Below are positions 1-10,186 of a DNA stretch of 64,000 nucleotides, piece after piece. The stretch's first letter is position 1; every line of letters starts with the position of its first letter. Location: positions 2,624,001 through 2,688,000 of the forward strand of contig OY759316.1 in assembly GCA_963662275.1 (NCBI GenBank), written 5' to 3'. This DNA is from Candidatus Cloacimonadales bacterium (GTDB lineage Bacteria; Cloacimonadota; Cloacimonadia; Cloacimonadales; DAONDQ01). The translations under genes were made by a program, and so were the position numbers. Under the pieces are notes generated by a model. That model was not told the origin of the DNA, did not search any database, and was given only the letters and a program-made list of their open reading frames with translations.

Positions 1-1635
1 TATAAGACAATGTTGACTAATTATAATCAATATTGGCAAAACAGGGGTGAGAAGATCACACCTGAATCAAAGAAAAAGTTTAATAATCAGTTATGGGATG
101 AATTAGTCGCCAAAGAAGCCTACAACAAAGATATCAAAAAAAGAAACTTAACAGTCACTCCGGTGGAATTAAATGCACGGACATTATCCAATCCGCCCGA
201 ACAGGTAAAATCCATTCCGCAATTACAGACTAATGGTAAATTCGATATCTCGAAGTATAAAATGGCTGTCGAAAAAGATACTGTTTTCAAGAAAAACGTC
301 CAGGCTATTATCATGGATTCATATCCTTATGAAAAACTGTTCAATACGATCAAAGCACAGGTCAAGATCAAACCGGATAGTGTTAAAAATGATTTCATCG
401 CCAAGAATGACAAAGCCAGTGCCAAGATCATCAGTTTTGATTGGCATACTATGAAGAATATCACGGTTGCTGATTCCGAAATGATGTCCTATTATCAGAA
501 AAATCTGGAAACTTATAAACGCAATCCTGCTCGCATCGTTAAATATATCAAAATCACAAATGAACCTTCTCAAGCAGACACTCTTCTGGCAAAGACAAAA
601 GCTGACAGTCTCTACCAGAGATTAGTAGCGGGAGATAGCTTTGAAGAATTAGCTAAGAAATTCTCACAAGATCCTGGTAGCGGAGCAAAAGGTGGAGATT
701 TGGGTTATTTCACTAAAGATCGCATGATTCCTGAATTTTCCAATACTGCTTTTGGTCTTGAACCTGGTAAATTCAGTGCACCTTTTTCAACTCGCTTTGG
801 CTGGCATATCGTCAAAACATTCGATAAGCGGAAGAATGCGCAAGACCAGGATGAAGTGAAAGCAAGCCACATCCTGATCAAGTATGAAGCCAGTGCAGCA
901 ACGAAGCTGGCAAAAGAAGTGCAAGCTACACAAATATATGAAAAAGCAAAAAAAGAAGGTTTAACAAAGGCGATAGAAGGTACTACTAATGTAATACAAA
1001 CAACAGATGAATTTTATGCAGATGCGAAGTATGTGAATGGAATCGGTTCAAACGAAGCTTTAGTAAAAGAAGCTTTTAGTAAAGGCAAGGATGCCTTGCT
1101 GGAAATGAGCACCAATCCTGCAGGGGAAAAAATACTAGCAGAAGTTGCTGATACTATGGGAGTTCATTATCTTACTTTCGATTCTCAAAAAGTAGATATC
1201 AAACGTAAACTGGAGCAGGAAAAGAGTATGGCAGCAGCCAATAAAATGGCAGCAAAATTCTTCCAGGATTTCGGTCCTGATAAATACTTGGAACAAGCCC
1301 AAAAGGATTCTCTAATGATCATAGATGCCAATGATATTACGATCAGTATGAGCATTCCTCGTATCGGTAATAACAAACCCCTATCTGAAGCAATCTTTAA
1401 GACTGAAGTAAATAAGTATACATCCCTTATCACTACCGAAAAGGGAAATTGGATTGCCTATGTAACAACCAGGACGCTTCCGGATATGAAAGAATGGGAA
1501 AAGAAAAAGAGTACTCTGATCAAAGAAGCTCGAGAATCGGCTGAACAGCAACATCTATCCAAGTGGTATATGGGCATTAAGAATTCGGTAACTGTTGTTG
1601 ATAATAGAAAGAATTACTTCGATTTAAAACAATAA
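1..1635 (+). CDS. PpiD/SurA-type parvulin peptidyl-prolyl isomerase (5'-partial, frame open to window edge)
   Basis: Rotamase motifs FEELAKKFSQDPGSGAKGGDLGYF, TRFGWHIVK, VKASHILI; SurA_N-like N-terminal part. Confidence 0.88.
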   Translation, partial: YKTMLTNYNQYWQNRGEKITPESKKKFNNQLWDELVAKEAYNKDIKKRNLTVTPVELNARTLSNPPEQVKSIPQLQTNGKFDISKYKMAVEKDTVFKKNVQAIIMDSYPYEKLFNTIKAQVKIKPDSVKNDFIAKNDKASAKIISFDWHTMKNITVADSEMMSYYQKNLETYKRNPARIVKYIKITNEPSQADTLLAKTKADSLYQRLVAGDSFEELAKKFSQDPGSGAKGGDLGYFTKDRMIPEFSNTAFGLEPGKFSAPFSTRFGWHIVKTFDKRKNAQDQDEVKASHILIKYEASAATKLAKEVQATQIYEKAKKEGLTKAIEGTTNVIQTTDEFYADAKYVNGIGSNEALVKEAFSKGKDALLEMSTNPAGEKILAEVADTMGVHYLTFDSQKVDIKRKLEQEKSMAAANKMAAKFFQDFGPDKYLEQAQKDSLMIIDANDITISMSIPRIGNNKPLSEAIFKTEVNKYTSLITTEKGNWIAYVTTRTLPDMKEWEKKKSTLIKEARESAEQQHLSKWYMGIKNSVTVVDNRKNYFDLKQ

Positions 1636-1644
1636 ATTCAATAG

Positions 1645-1676
1645 AAAAGGGAAGGTCATTCAACCTTCCCTTTTTT
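1645..1676 (+). terminator. Rho-independent terminator
   Basis: AAAAGGGAAGGT/ACCTTCCCTTTT stem plus T-run, 10 bp after the stop codon. Confidence 0.85.
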
Positions 1677-1681
1677 ATTGA

Positions 1682-1898
1682 AATGTAGGGGTCAGCGTCA
1701 GCAGTCCCATCCTTTATAGAACGAACTTAACTGAAAATCAGTTTTCGCTACTGAAGATGAAAATGTCGGTTTGAAGTCCATTTGCCCTTTTTGTCAGCTA
1801 TTCATTGATACATAGCTAGGGCAATTGAACTCCAAATCCTTAGTTTTAATGTCAAGTATGTAAAACAGAAAGGGTCTGCTGATGCGGACCCCTACATT
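1682..1898. repeat. Inverted pair of GTAG-type REP-like units (REPIN/MITE-like)
   Basis: AATGTAGGGGTCAGCGTCAGCAGTCCC (1682-1708) matches the reverse complement of 1872-1898 at 24 of 27 nt; each unit is an internal hairpin. Confidence 0.8.
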
Positions 1899-1902
1899 GC
1901 AC

Positions 1903-3294
1903 TTATAAATTCTCGATCAATTTCAGTGGTTTTGAAGCCGTTGCCTGGTTAATCCCATCCACAGAGATTATTCCCAAAACCGGCTTTCCGATCGGTTGTC
2001 CATTTTCTTCCTTAAAGAATTCTACTGGTATAAAAGCAGAGATGCATGCCTCTTCTGTATCAGCCTGGTCAAGAATATGCATCATATAGGGAGATGAATA
2101 TAGCCAGCATAATCCAATTGCAGCAATTCCAGAAGGTTCGTTCACACTCTTGCGCTTTGAATCAATTAACAGTCTTTTCTCCAGTGGCGCGTTGGGAGAA
2201 TTGATACTGGAAGTAACAGTACCCATGCGTTTGCCATGAATATATACACTTCTACCTACTACAATACCTTCAGAAATCACGATTGCCATCTGTTTTTCTA
2301 ACCCTTTGGCTATTTCATTATCCAAGACTTTCTTCCCTACAAAATCTGCTTTATTCATATCAATTGCAGCATCAAATAAGGGTGCTCCCGTGGGAGTATG
2401 ATAATTATCATATTCCTGTCCCATTAAGGGAAGCCCGAAATCTCCAGCGGATAAACGGTTTTCATCCCGACCACCCAAACCAACAAGCAAACCGTCAAAT
2501 TCAAGTGCCTTCAGGACGATCTTCTTGAAGTGCTCTTCAATGAGTTCAACCGGAATATAGAGTTCCCAACCCCATCGATTGGTATAACCGGTACGGCTGA
2601 TGAAGAATTTCTTTCCCTGTAATTCGAATTCATTGAAAGTAAAGAAATTCATATTCTTTTCAGGATTTGATCGATTTCGAAGTACTTCGCTGCCATAAAT
2701 GGATTTAATTAATTTATAGGATAGAGGTCCCTGGATATCGATTTTCACGAATCTATCTGAAATATCCTGGACATGAACATCTTCACCTGGTTTCAAAAAG
2801 GATAATATATGATCAGCATCAGAAAGAAACTGCTTTTCTTCTCCATGATCATCAAGACCTTTCCCTGTTAAATCATGTCCCGCATTGATTACTAAAATGA
2901 ACCTGTCTTCCTTAACGCACATAACGATTAGATCATCTCGAACAGTCCCGTTCTCATTTAGCAGCAAAGAATATTTACAATGTCCTATTTTCATTTCATC
3001 GATACGAGCAGGAAGCACGCGATTTAACAATGAACAGGCATCTTTACCTGTAAATTCAACCTGTGCCATGTGATCAATGTTGTAAATAGCGACTTTGTTG
3101 ATTGCCACTGATTCTTCAAGTACCGATGTTAGATAGTTCACTGCCATGTCATATTGACCAAAATTGCTTCTCTTTACCGGCTCAACGGCTCTGTCAAATT
3201 TCTTGGAAAGCAATTCCTGGTACCATTTTTCTTCCAGATCATACAGGACAGTCTTTCGTGGTGAATTTGGTATATCAAATCCAATTTTTCCCAT
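1903..3294 (-). CDS. GcvT-like aminomethyltransferase (folate-binding family)
   Basis: IDHMAQVEFTGKDA, YSLLLNENGTVRDDLIV, ISRTGYT, GLGGRDENRLSAG; AGGAG RBS. Confidence 0.8.
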   Translation of the reverse strand: MGKIGFDIPNSPRKTVLYDLEEKWYQELLSKKFDRAVEPVKRSNFGQYDMAVNYLTSVLEESVAINKVAIYNIDHMAQVEFTGKDACSLLNRVLPARIDEMKIGHCKYSLLLNENGTVRDDLIVMCVKEDRFILVINAGHDLTGKGLDDHGEEKQFLSDADHILSFLKPGEDVHVQDISDRFVKIDIQGPLSYKLIKSIYGSEVLRNRSNPEKNMNFFTFNEFELQGKKFFISRTGYTNRWGWELYIPVELIEEHFKKIVLKALEFDGLLVGLGGRDENRLSAGDFGLPLMGQEYDNYHTPTGAPLFDAAIDMNKADFVGKKVLDNEIAKGLEKQMAIVISEGIVVGRSVYIHGKRMGTVTSSINSPNAPLEKRLLIDSKRKSVNEPSGIAAIGLCWLYSSPYMMHILDQADTEEACISAFIPVEFFKEENGQPIGKPVLGIISVDGINQATASKPLKLIENL

Positions 3295-3401
3295 GTCATC
3301 TCCTATGAATTTATATTGTAAGTATTAAAATCCGAAAAAACGCTCTTTCTTTTTCTTAATTGATTAACCTATTATTAGTGAGTTATCATATACTGATCAG
3401 G

Positions 3402-4238
3402 TTATTGACCCAAGTTGAGAATGACATTCGGAAGATTTGAATTTTTAGTAGCACCACCAACCATGATTGTTGTTGGAACTTTTCCCCCGGTTTTCTCCCA
3501 TGCAGCAATTAATGATCTTTGTACCTGATAGTTTTCCCATTCTAAAAGCTCTTTTGTAATAGAGAGTTGTTTCAATCTATTAGATTCGGCAATACCCCTT
3601 GCTTCAGCAACTAACTTTGCCGCTTGTGCCGTGCTTGTTCTAACTTGGTTTTCAGCAGCTAATGCTTCTTGTGTGGCAGTCTGCTTTGCTTCAATTGCAC
3701 TTTGGAATTCTGGATTATAGGCAAAATTCACAATATTGAAATCGTCCAGAATTACATCCGCTGTTAACAATCTTTTAGCTAAGGAATCTCGAATATCAGT
3801 TTTTACCATTTCGCGGTAATTTACCAGGTCTGGAGCATTATATCTTGCTGTTGCTGCCTTGACTGCTTCTTGAATCTTAGGGTCAATAATTGTTTTTTCA
3901 ATATCACCTTTGATAGTTTGATATACGATATTGGCTCGTTTTGGGTCAATATGGTAGTTCAGCGCAACGGTTGCAGAAATGACCTGTAAGTCTTTTGATG
4001 CAGCGCTGCAGTTAAGTTCTACTTTGGTTGTTTGAACGTTAATGGGAACTACTTTCTGTATGAAGGGAATGATGGCGTGTAATCCTTCCCCAAGAGCAGT
4101 ATCTCCTACTTTTCCCAAACTTACGAGAACTCCCCTTGTTCCTGGCTTTACGATCGTGAAAGAATGAAAAACAATACTGATACCAACAATGACTAATAAA
4201 ATACGGATAGCTAAATGAACGATTTGCTTTGTAATCAT
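3402..4238 (-). CDS. SPFH/prohibitin (band 7) membrane protein
   Basis: N-terminal TM, GEGLH.IIPFIQ, ASKDLQ, AIEAKQ; start placed at the ATG with AGGAG RBS. Confidence 0.9.
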   Translation of the reverse strand: MITKQIVHLAIRILLVIVGISIVFHSFTIVKPGTRGVLVSLGKVGDTALGEGLHAIIPFIQKVVPINVQTTKVELNCSAASKDLQVISATVALNYHIDPKRANIVYQTIKGDIEKTIIDPKIQEAVKAATARYNAPDLVNYREMVKTDIRDSLAKRLLTADVILDDFNIVNFAYNPEFQSAIEAKQTATQEALAAENQVRTSTAQAAKLVAEARGIAESNRLKQLSITKELLEWENYQVQRSLIAAWEKTGGKVPTTIMVGGATKNSNLPNVILNLGQ

Positions 4239-4638
4239 GTTTTTCTCCTTATCTTTATTGGGGTTTTGTGATATCAAATCCCATGATCCATTATAAACAT
4301 AATGATAATATGCATATTACTTTACTCCGATTTGTAAGGACATATTCAATATCTAAGATGAATTTACTATTGTCAATTAATTGTTTGTAAGTTGCATTTT
4401 TTTTTGTAACACCTTCTTCAGGGGGTTGTGAAGTGAATGAATAAAAGTATTATTTCGAACAAGTATCACGTATATAATTTAGCATACTTACAGCATACAT
4501 TCTCTACCCGTAAAGCATCCATAAAGCATCCTTTAAAAGAATATGATTCTTTCATTAATTTTCAGATGAATTTACTACATATCTTTTACTTTTCTGTTCT
4601 TTATTTGTAGCTTTCAGCTTTTGATTAAGCAAATCAAT

Positions 4639-5559
4639 TCAATTTTTAAAATGTGGAGCAGCCACAGTAAATCTACTTAACATATCTAAAGTCATTTGAT
4701 AAATAGTATTCTGATCATCGTTTTTGATTAAAAACACGTTATTCTCTTTGTCGATGGCAAATGTAAGCTTCACGGTCTTTCCTGATTTATCAGTTATTGT
4801 CACTAGCGCTGCTGGTTTTCGGAAATATTCCTCATAATCATTCCAGCGATTATCAATAAATTGATAGGTTCGCAATGAAGTTAGGGCATTAAAGAGCTTA
4901 CCGGTATATGTGTTTCTTGGATTAAGCTGAAATTTATTACTCGCATCTTGATAGTACCAGGTTTGATTCTCCAGTATGAACCTGTATGAATTGCTTACGT
5001 ATTTGACATCTATCTTTGCTAGATTTTGTAATATTACAGGAACGATAATAGGTGATCTCCACATGAAAATGGAAGGATTGATTGCTTCAGAGATATTGTC
5101 TTTCAATTGATATATTGATTTTGATCCGGGACGACGAGCATAACAGAAGCTAGAATTAAGGCTTTTTCCAACATAGACTCGATCCAGGAGATGCGACTTA
5201 TTATCGTAAATAGAAACAATCACAGCTTCATCGGGTGTAACCTTGTATCTATCCTGGTTTTTCGTATCTTCTGACATCGGTGTTTTAGTTACTTGAACTT
5301 TTAACGCTTTCGAAAAGAAGAGCTTAATCTGATCTGAACTTACTTCCCATTTGATTGGATTGGATAATATCCATCTACCATTAATTTTCTGGATGGTCAC
5401 CTTTTCATTCTTGGATTGGAATTCAAGCTTGGCAATGCGAGTAGAATCAATATCAAAAAAAGATATTTCCTTTTCTGTTCTCTGCTCATGTTTCATATAA
5501 TAGAAGATAGCAAACAAGATACCTAAAATGATCAGTAATTGAATGGTTTTCTTAAACAT
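4639..5559 (-). CDS. DUF4340-like membrane-anchored protein
   Basis: Single N-terminal TM, two repeated domains, typical position after a GldG-like gene; ATG overlaps the upstream stop. Confidence 0.7.
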   Translation of the reverse strand: MFKKTIQLLIILGILFAIFYYMKHEQRTEKEISFFDIDSTRIAKLEFQSKNEKVTIQKINGRWILSNPIKWEVSSDQIKLFFSKALKVQVTKTPMSEDTKNQDRYKVTPDEAVIVSIYDNKSHLLDRVYVGKSLNSSFCYARRPGSKSIYQLKDNISEAINPSIFMWRSPIIVPVILQNLAKIDVKYVSNSYRFILENQTWYYQDASNKFQLNPRNTYTGKLFNALTSLRTYQFIDNRWNDYEEYFRKPAALVTITDKSGKTVKLTFAIDKENNVFLIKNDDQNTIYQMTLDMLSRFTVAAPHFKN

Positions 5560-7162
5560 AGCGTTCTTTAATCTCCGTTCTGCGTTTTTTTTCATAACGA
5601 TTACGAATGATACCATAAAAAACCAGGAGTAATGATGGTAATAGAATATTGAGCCATTTCGCTAAGATTCGAATATTAGGTTCTATCCTGGCAATTTCCA
5701 CAGAATCTTGAATTCCCATTCTCCTGGAAATCCAGGCAGCAATACTGAGTTCACTGGGTATGAAATTACGGGAACGAATTTCTATCATAGATGTATCTTT
5801 TGCCAGAAAATCAATAGAATTCAGAATGAAATTAATGTTATTTGGAATTTGTCCGCCTGCAGTTTCAACGATAAAATCGTTATCAGCAACCAGGATGATC
5901 TTACTCTTATTCGTCTGTGGCAAAAAACCATCAGCTTGTTTTGAATCTACATTTTGAAAATTACTCTGAAAAGTACCTTCGTATAATGAAGCTAAAACCA
6001 TGGGAGAACCAGACAACATACCGATTGCCTTCTTATTCATAAAACGCTGGATATTGATATCATAGTTCGGACCAACGACTTGTCCTGAATTATGGGATGA
6101 CATCAATAAAGGAGTCATTTTAATCCCTTCTTTGCGGAACGAAGTATTTACCGGTGAAGCAAAGAAAAATGCTATCGTATTCAGATCCTTGGAGATGATA
6201 TTCTGTTTATTCACATTATTGATAATCGGAATCAATGGATAATTCATGGGAATATCGACCGTACTCATCCCCTCCCTTGTTCTCAACTGGACGGTTCCGG
6301 AATTGGCATCTGTAACAAGTACCGGCATAATATCGATTCCCCAATTTCTCATCATTCTAAATATGTTAGAGCGGATAGGTTGAACAATCTGATACTCGAT
6401 ATTCACAAATATCCTATCCTGGAAGAAAAGGATACTCCCCCCATGCATGAGGTATTGATCTATATTGAATTGCTGGAGAACTGATATGGAATCCAAAACC
6501 CCGGTAAAGACCAGGACATCTGCATTGAATGATTTCTTCAAATCAGTATTAAACACATCATAGTTCTGACTGAGTATCCTGTCTAAAGTTTTATATGTTT
6601 CCTCAGTTGAAAGAGAATCCTGGAATAGAGCCACACTTGTTAGTTTTGTTTTTAACAGTCTTCTGATGAGACTCGTGATATTGTTTTCCAGACCTTCCTT
6701 TTCCTGAAGTAATGGAATAATCTCAAAATTCCCCTGGTATTCAAAAGACAAACCCATATATACTTCTCTGATTTCCATCTTATCGTTTTCAAGCACCTGT
6801 ATTCTTGCCGGATATATTCTTTCCTTAGAAGCTTCTGTTTTCAATCTTTCCGCATCACTCGGATCAATGAATTCGAATTTCAATTTCCCTTTGGAATAAG
6901 CTTGATAATCACTCAGAATATCTTTTACATAGCGGGCATTATCAGCATATTTATTGGGTAAATTCTTTGAAAAGTATGCTTTAACAACTAAATTGTCCTT
7001 TAAGGAATCAACCGCTTTTTTACTGCTATTCGAAAGTGTAAATACATGTCCCTTTGAGAAATCAAAACGATGAAATAGAGATAGTGAAATTAGGTTTAGT
7101 AAGACCAGGATTCCAATCATAATTCCAAAATTAAGGAAGAGTGCTTTATTTGTTTTTTTCAT
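5552..7162 (-). CDS. GldG-like ABC transporter auxiliary component
   Basis: RFDFSKGHVFTLSNSS, KFEFIDP, ILVADNDF, NFILNSIDFL, C-terminal TM. Confidence 0.85.
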   Translation of the reverse strand: MKKTNKALFLNFGIMIGILVLLNLISLSLFHRFDFSKGHVFTLSNSSKKAVDSLKDNLVVKAYFSKNLPNKYADNARYVKDILSDYQAYSKGKLKFEFIDPSDAERLKTEASKERIYPARIQVLENDKMEIREVYMGLSFEYQGNFEIIPLLQEKEGLENNITSLIRRLLKTKLTSVALFQDSLSTEETYKTLDRILSQNYDVFNTDLKKSFNADVLVFTGVLDSISVLQQFNIDQYLMHGGSILFFQDRIFVNIEYQIVQPIRSNIFRMMRNWGIDIMPVLVTDANSGTVQLRTREGMSTVDIPMNYPLIPIINNVNKQNIISKDLNTIAFFFASPVNTSFRKEGIKMTPLLMSSHNSGQVVGPNYDINIQRFMNKKAIGMLSGSPMVLASLYEGTFQSNFQNVDSKQADGFLPQTNKSKIILVADNDFIVETAGGQIPNNINFILNSIDFLAKDTSMIEIRSRNFIPSELSIAAWISRRMGIQDSVEIARIEPNIRILAKWLNILLPSLLLVFYGIIRNRYEKKRRTEIKERYV

Positions 7163-7170
7163 TACTCCCC

Positions 7171-7884
7171 CTACTTCCCTTTTCGAGAGACAAGCATAAG
7201 TGTAGCAAATCTTAGAAAAAGGATAATCAAAGTGAGGAAATAGACCAGATCACGGGTATCAACAATTCCTCTGGAAAAATTATCAATATGATAACCAAAA
7301 CTCAAATATTGAATTATCCCTGCAATTGATCCAGGCATGAGCATGAGTATATATTGCAGGACAAAGAAAAAGAATACAATAGCAAAAGAGATAATAAATG
7401 CGACAATTTGGTTACTATGAATAGAAGAACCAAATACTCCTATGGCACAATATACAGCCCCCAGCAGGAATAAACCCAAATACCCAAAACAGATAGCACC
7501 ATAATCCAGGTTCTGTCCAAAAAGCATGATCGTGAATAGATGTACAAAAGTGAATATCAATCCAACTATCAAAACTGATAAAGAAGCAAGATATTTACCC
7601 ATAATAATTTGGCTTTCTTTTAATGGCAAAGTAGTAAGGACTTCAAGGGTTCCGCTATTCTTTTCCCTGGCAATTAATCCCATGGTAATTGCAGGTAAAA
7701 AGAAAAGATATACCATAGGCAGAATGTTAAAAAGTCCTCTCATTTCTGCTTTGGCATTGAGGAAAATTGAAGATGTAAAGAACCAGGCATTCAACACTAA
7801 AAAAACAACAAGGACAATGTATGTTGCGGGAGAATTGAAAAAAATGCGGGTTTCTTTTTTAGCAATGATGAAAGTCTTATTCAT
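7171..7884 (-). CDS. GldF-like ABC-2 permease
   Basis: IAKKE..FFNSP..Y, LPAITMGLIAREKNSGTLEVL, NQIVAF, HIDNFSRGIVDTRD. Confidence 0.88.
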   Translation of the reverse strand: MNKTFIIAKKETRIFFNSPATYIVLVVFLVLNAWFFTSSIFLNAKAEMRGLFNILPMVYLFFLPAITMGLIAREKNSGTLEVLTTLPLKESQIIMGKYLASLSVLIVGLIFTFVHLFTIMLFGQNLDYGAICFGYLGLFLLGAVYCAIGVFGSSIHSNQIVAFIISFAIVFFFFVLQYILMLMPGSIAGIIQYLSFGYHIDNFSRGIVDTRDLVYFLTLIILFLRFATLMLVSRKGK

Positions 7885-8833
7885 TTTCAACTCCCGGTTG
7901 AATTAGTGCTGGAGTCAAAGTCAATCCATGAAAAAGATCTTCAAGTGACAGTTCTTTACGATGCATTTCCAAAATAATCCAGTCATGCTTCATCGCATAT
8001 TGAAATATCTCACGTCGAGGATCAGTAGATTCCAAGTATTCAAGTACAATCGTATGTAATTGTCCATTTTCCAAGTGCTCAAGCAAATTGCATTCAATAT
8101 CCTGAATGATTTGTTGGATTTCAGGATTCATGGCTTCAAATTCAACAGTTAGTATGGTCTTTCCAAGCCTTGAAATCTGTAAATCCTGTTGTTTTCCATC
8201 CGCAATGATTTTCCCTTTATTAATAATCAGTATTCTATCTGCAACCGCTTGAATTTCCTGTAAAATATGACTGGAGATGATAACTGTCTTTTCCTTGCCA
8301 AGATCTCGAATAAGTTCCCGAATTTCAATAATCTGGTTTGGATCCAAACCTGATGTAGGTTCATCTAATATAAGATACGCTGGGTCATGAAGAATTGCTT
8401 GCGCAATACCTACTCTTTGCTGGTAGCCTTTTGATAAGGTCTGTATAGTTTGAGATATTACTTCACGAATACCGCATTTTTCAACAACATAAGTTAAGCG
8501 CTTTTTAAATGCTTTTTCAGATAGATTTCTTATTTGAGCAATATAATGCAAATAATCAAACACGCACATATCTTCATATAGCGGATTCTGCTCCGGTAAA
8601 TAACCCATCTGGGAACGAATCTCCAGTGAGTTGCCTTCCATGGTCAGATCACGAACAAGAATCTCTCCAGAAGTCGGTTCCAAGAATCCTGTAAGCATTT
8701 TTAAAGTAGTAGATTTTCCTGCGCCATTTGGTCCTAGAAATCCTACGATTTCACCTTCATGAACTTCAAAGCTGATATGATCAACAGCTCGAATTTCTCC
8801 ATAATCTTTGACGAGATTACGTATTTGAATCAT
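7877..8833 (-). CDS. GldA-like ABC ATP-binding protein
   Basis: Walker A GPNGAGKST, signature LSKGYQQRVG, ILDEPTSGLDPNQI, SSH. Confidence 0.92.
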   Translation of the reverse strand: MIQIRNLVKDYGEIRAVDHISFEVHEGEIVGFLGPNGAGKSTTLKMLTGFLEPTSGEILVRDLTMEGNSLEIRSQMGYLPEQNPLYEDMCVFDYLHYIAQIRNLSEKAFKKRLTYVVEKCGIREVISQTIQTLSKGYQQRVGIAQAILHDPAYLILDEPTSGLDPNQIIEIRELIRDLGKEKTVIISSHILQEIQAVADRILIINKGKIIADGKQQDLQISRLGKTILTVEFEAMNPEIQQIIQDIECNLLEHLENGQLHTIVLEYLESTDPRREIFQYAMKHDWIILEMHRKELSLEDLFHGLTLTPALIQPGVENE

Positions 8834-8970
8834 CTATTTTCTCCTGTCCTATCATTAGTTATCCATATGCAAAAGATATTCCGAAGTACATTACATAGAG
8901 CAGGATACAGATCCGGTTAGTAATAAACCGGAAAAAAGTAGGATCAATATCCTGCTTCACGCTTTTATAC

Positions 8971-9000
8971 AAAAAAACCGCAACCGAATAGATTGCGGTT
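8971..9000 (-). terminator. Rho-independent terminator after the MFP gene
   Basis: AACCGCAA/TTGCGGTT stem with T-run on the minus strand. Confidence 0.75.
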
Positions 9001-9016
9001 CAATATTTAGACTCAA

Positions 9017-10156
9017 TTATTCCATATGCCCCTGCATTATAAATTTGGATGCATTTAAGGCACTTTTCTCTGTCAGTGAAATCGTCTGTCCTTCTTTCAA
9101 ACCGTTAACAATCTCAACATTCTCTAAATCATTAATTCCTGTTTTCACATATGTCGAGTCAGAAATAGCTCCATTTTTAACCAGATATACGATATCCTGA
9201 CCTTTATCATCACTGAAAATAGAACGAATGGGAATAATCAGAACATTCTTTAAAGTCTTTGCATTAATCGTTACATTGGCTGTCATACCTGGGCGAAGAT
9301 TATGATCCGTGAGTTCCAGTTGAATCTCAATAGGGAATACTTTGGCATTATTATCGAGTATCGCCATAGCTGCTATCTTTGTGACTTTCCCGGCATAGTC
9401 CTTATACGGGAAGGCATCTACTTTGATCACAGCAACTTGTCCTACTTTAAACTTATCAATATCAACTTCATTGATGTTGGAAGTTACAATCATCTTATCA
9501 AGATTTGCCTGTTTCATGATAACAGTTCCTTCACCAAATCCGGAATTACTCGATGTAACCATCTCCCCTACCTGAACAAGTCTCTGAATGATAGTACCGG
9601 TAGCTGGAGCCAAAACATGGGTTGCTTTTCCTGAAGAATCAATTTCCTTAACCAATTCATATTGATCATTGGCTTGTTTATAGCTAATTTGCGCAGAATC
9701 AAGTTCATCCTTGGCAGCGATTACATCATTTGAAGATATATACTTTTCAGCAAGAAGCTTCACTTTGTTATCATAATCTCGTTGCGCATTTTTCAATCGA
9801 ATTTCACTCAGTTCCAGATTACTTCGTACATTGGAAATTGTATTAGCCTGGTTATAGTCAGGTTCTATGTCCGCAATAATATCACCCTGTTTCACGATTT
9901 GGTTTTCATCGACATAGAACTTAATAATCTTACCGGAGATCCTGGATTTGATTTGAACGATACTGATTGGCTGTATCTCACCTGTGACTTCAAGTACATT
10001 TGATATATCACCTTTCTTCACAACATAGGTTTGAATCTTTGGTCCAGCACTGGATATCTTCTTTTTTGCCTTATTTTTAACAATTATGCCCAAAGTAATA
10101 AGTGAAGCAATGATTACAACGATAATGATCCAAATCATTTTCTTCCTGAATTTCAT
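9017..10156 (-). CDS. MacA-like periplasmic adaptor (membrane fusion protein)
   Basis: N-terminal TM, IKSRISGKI, APATGTI, LRPGMTA, KTGIND..VEI..GL.EG; start at the ATG after GAGG (alternative 10171). Confidence 0.88.
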   Translation of the reverse strand: MKFRKKMIWIIIVVIIASLITLGIIVKNKAKKKISSAGPKIQTYVVKKGDISNVLEVTGEIQPISIVQIKSRISGKIIKFYVDENQIVKQGDIIADIEPDYNQANTISNVRSNLELSEIRLKNAQRDYDNKVKLLAEKYISSNDVIAAKDELDSAQISYKQANDQYELVKEIDSSGKATHVLAPATGTIIQRLVQVGEMVTSSNSGFGEGTVIMKQANLDKMIVTSNINEVDIDKFKVGQVAVIKVDAFPYKDYAGKVTKIAAMAILDNNAKVFPIEIQLELTDHNLRPGMTANVTINAKTLKNVLIIPIRSIFSDDKGQDIVYLVKNGAISDSTYVKTGINDLENVEIVNGLKEGQTISLTEKSALNASKFIMQGHME

Positions 10157-10186
10157 GTGATACCTCTCCATCCGCGGATTTCTATT

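Noticed and set aside
3295..3401. Glycine riboswitch upstream of the GcvT-like gene
   Set aside because: Short AT-rich spacer without recognisable aptamer motifs.
4639..8833. Evidence of gliding motility
   Set aside because: GldAFG-like ABC cassettes are widespread in non-gliding bacteria; no gldJKLMN or spr genes here.
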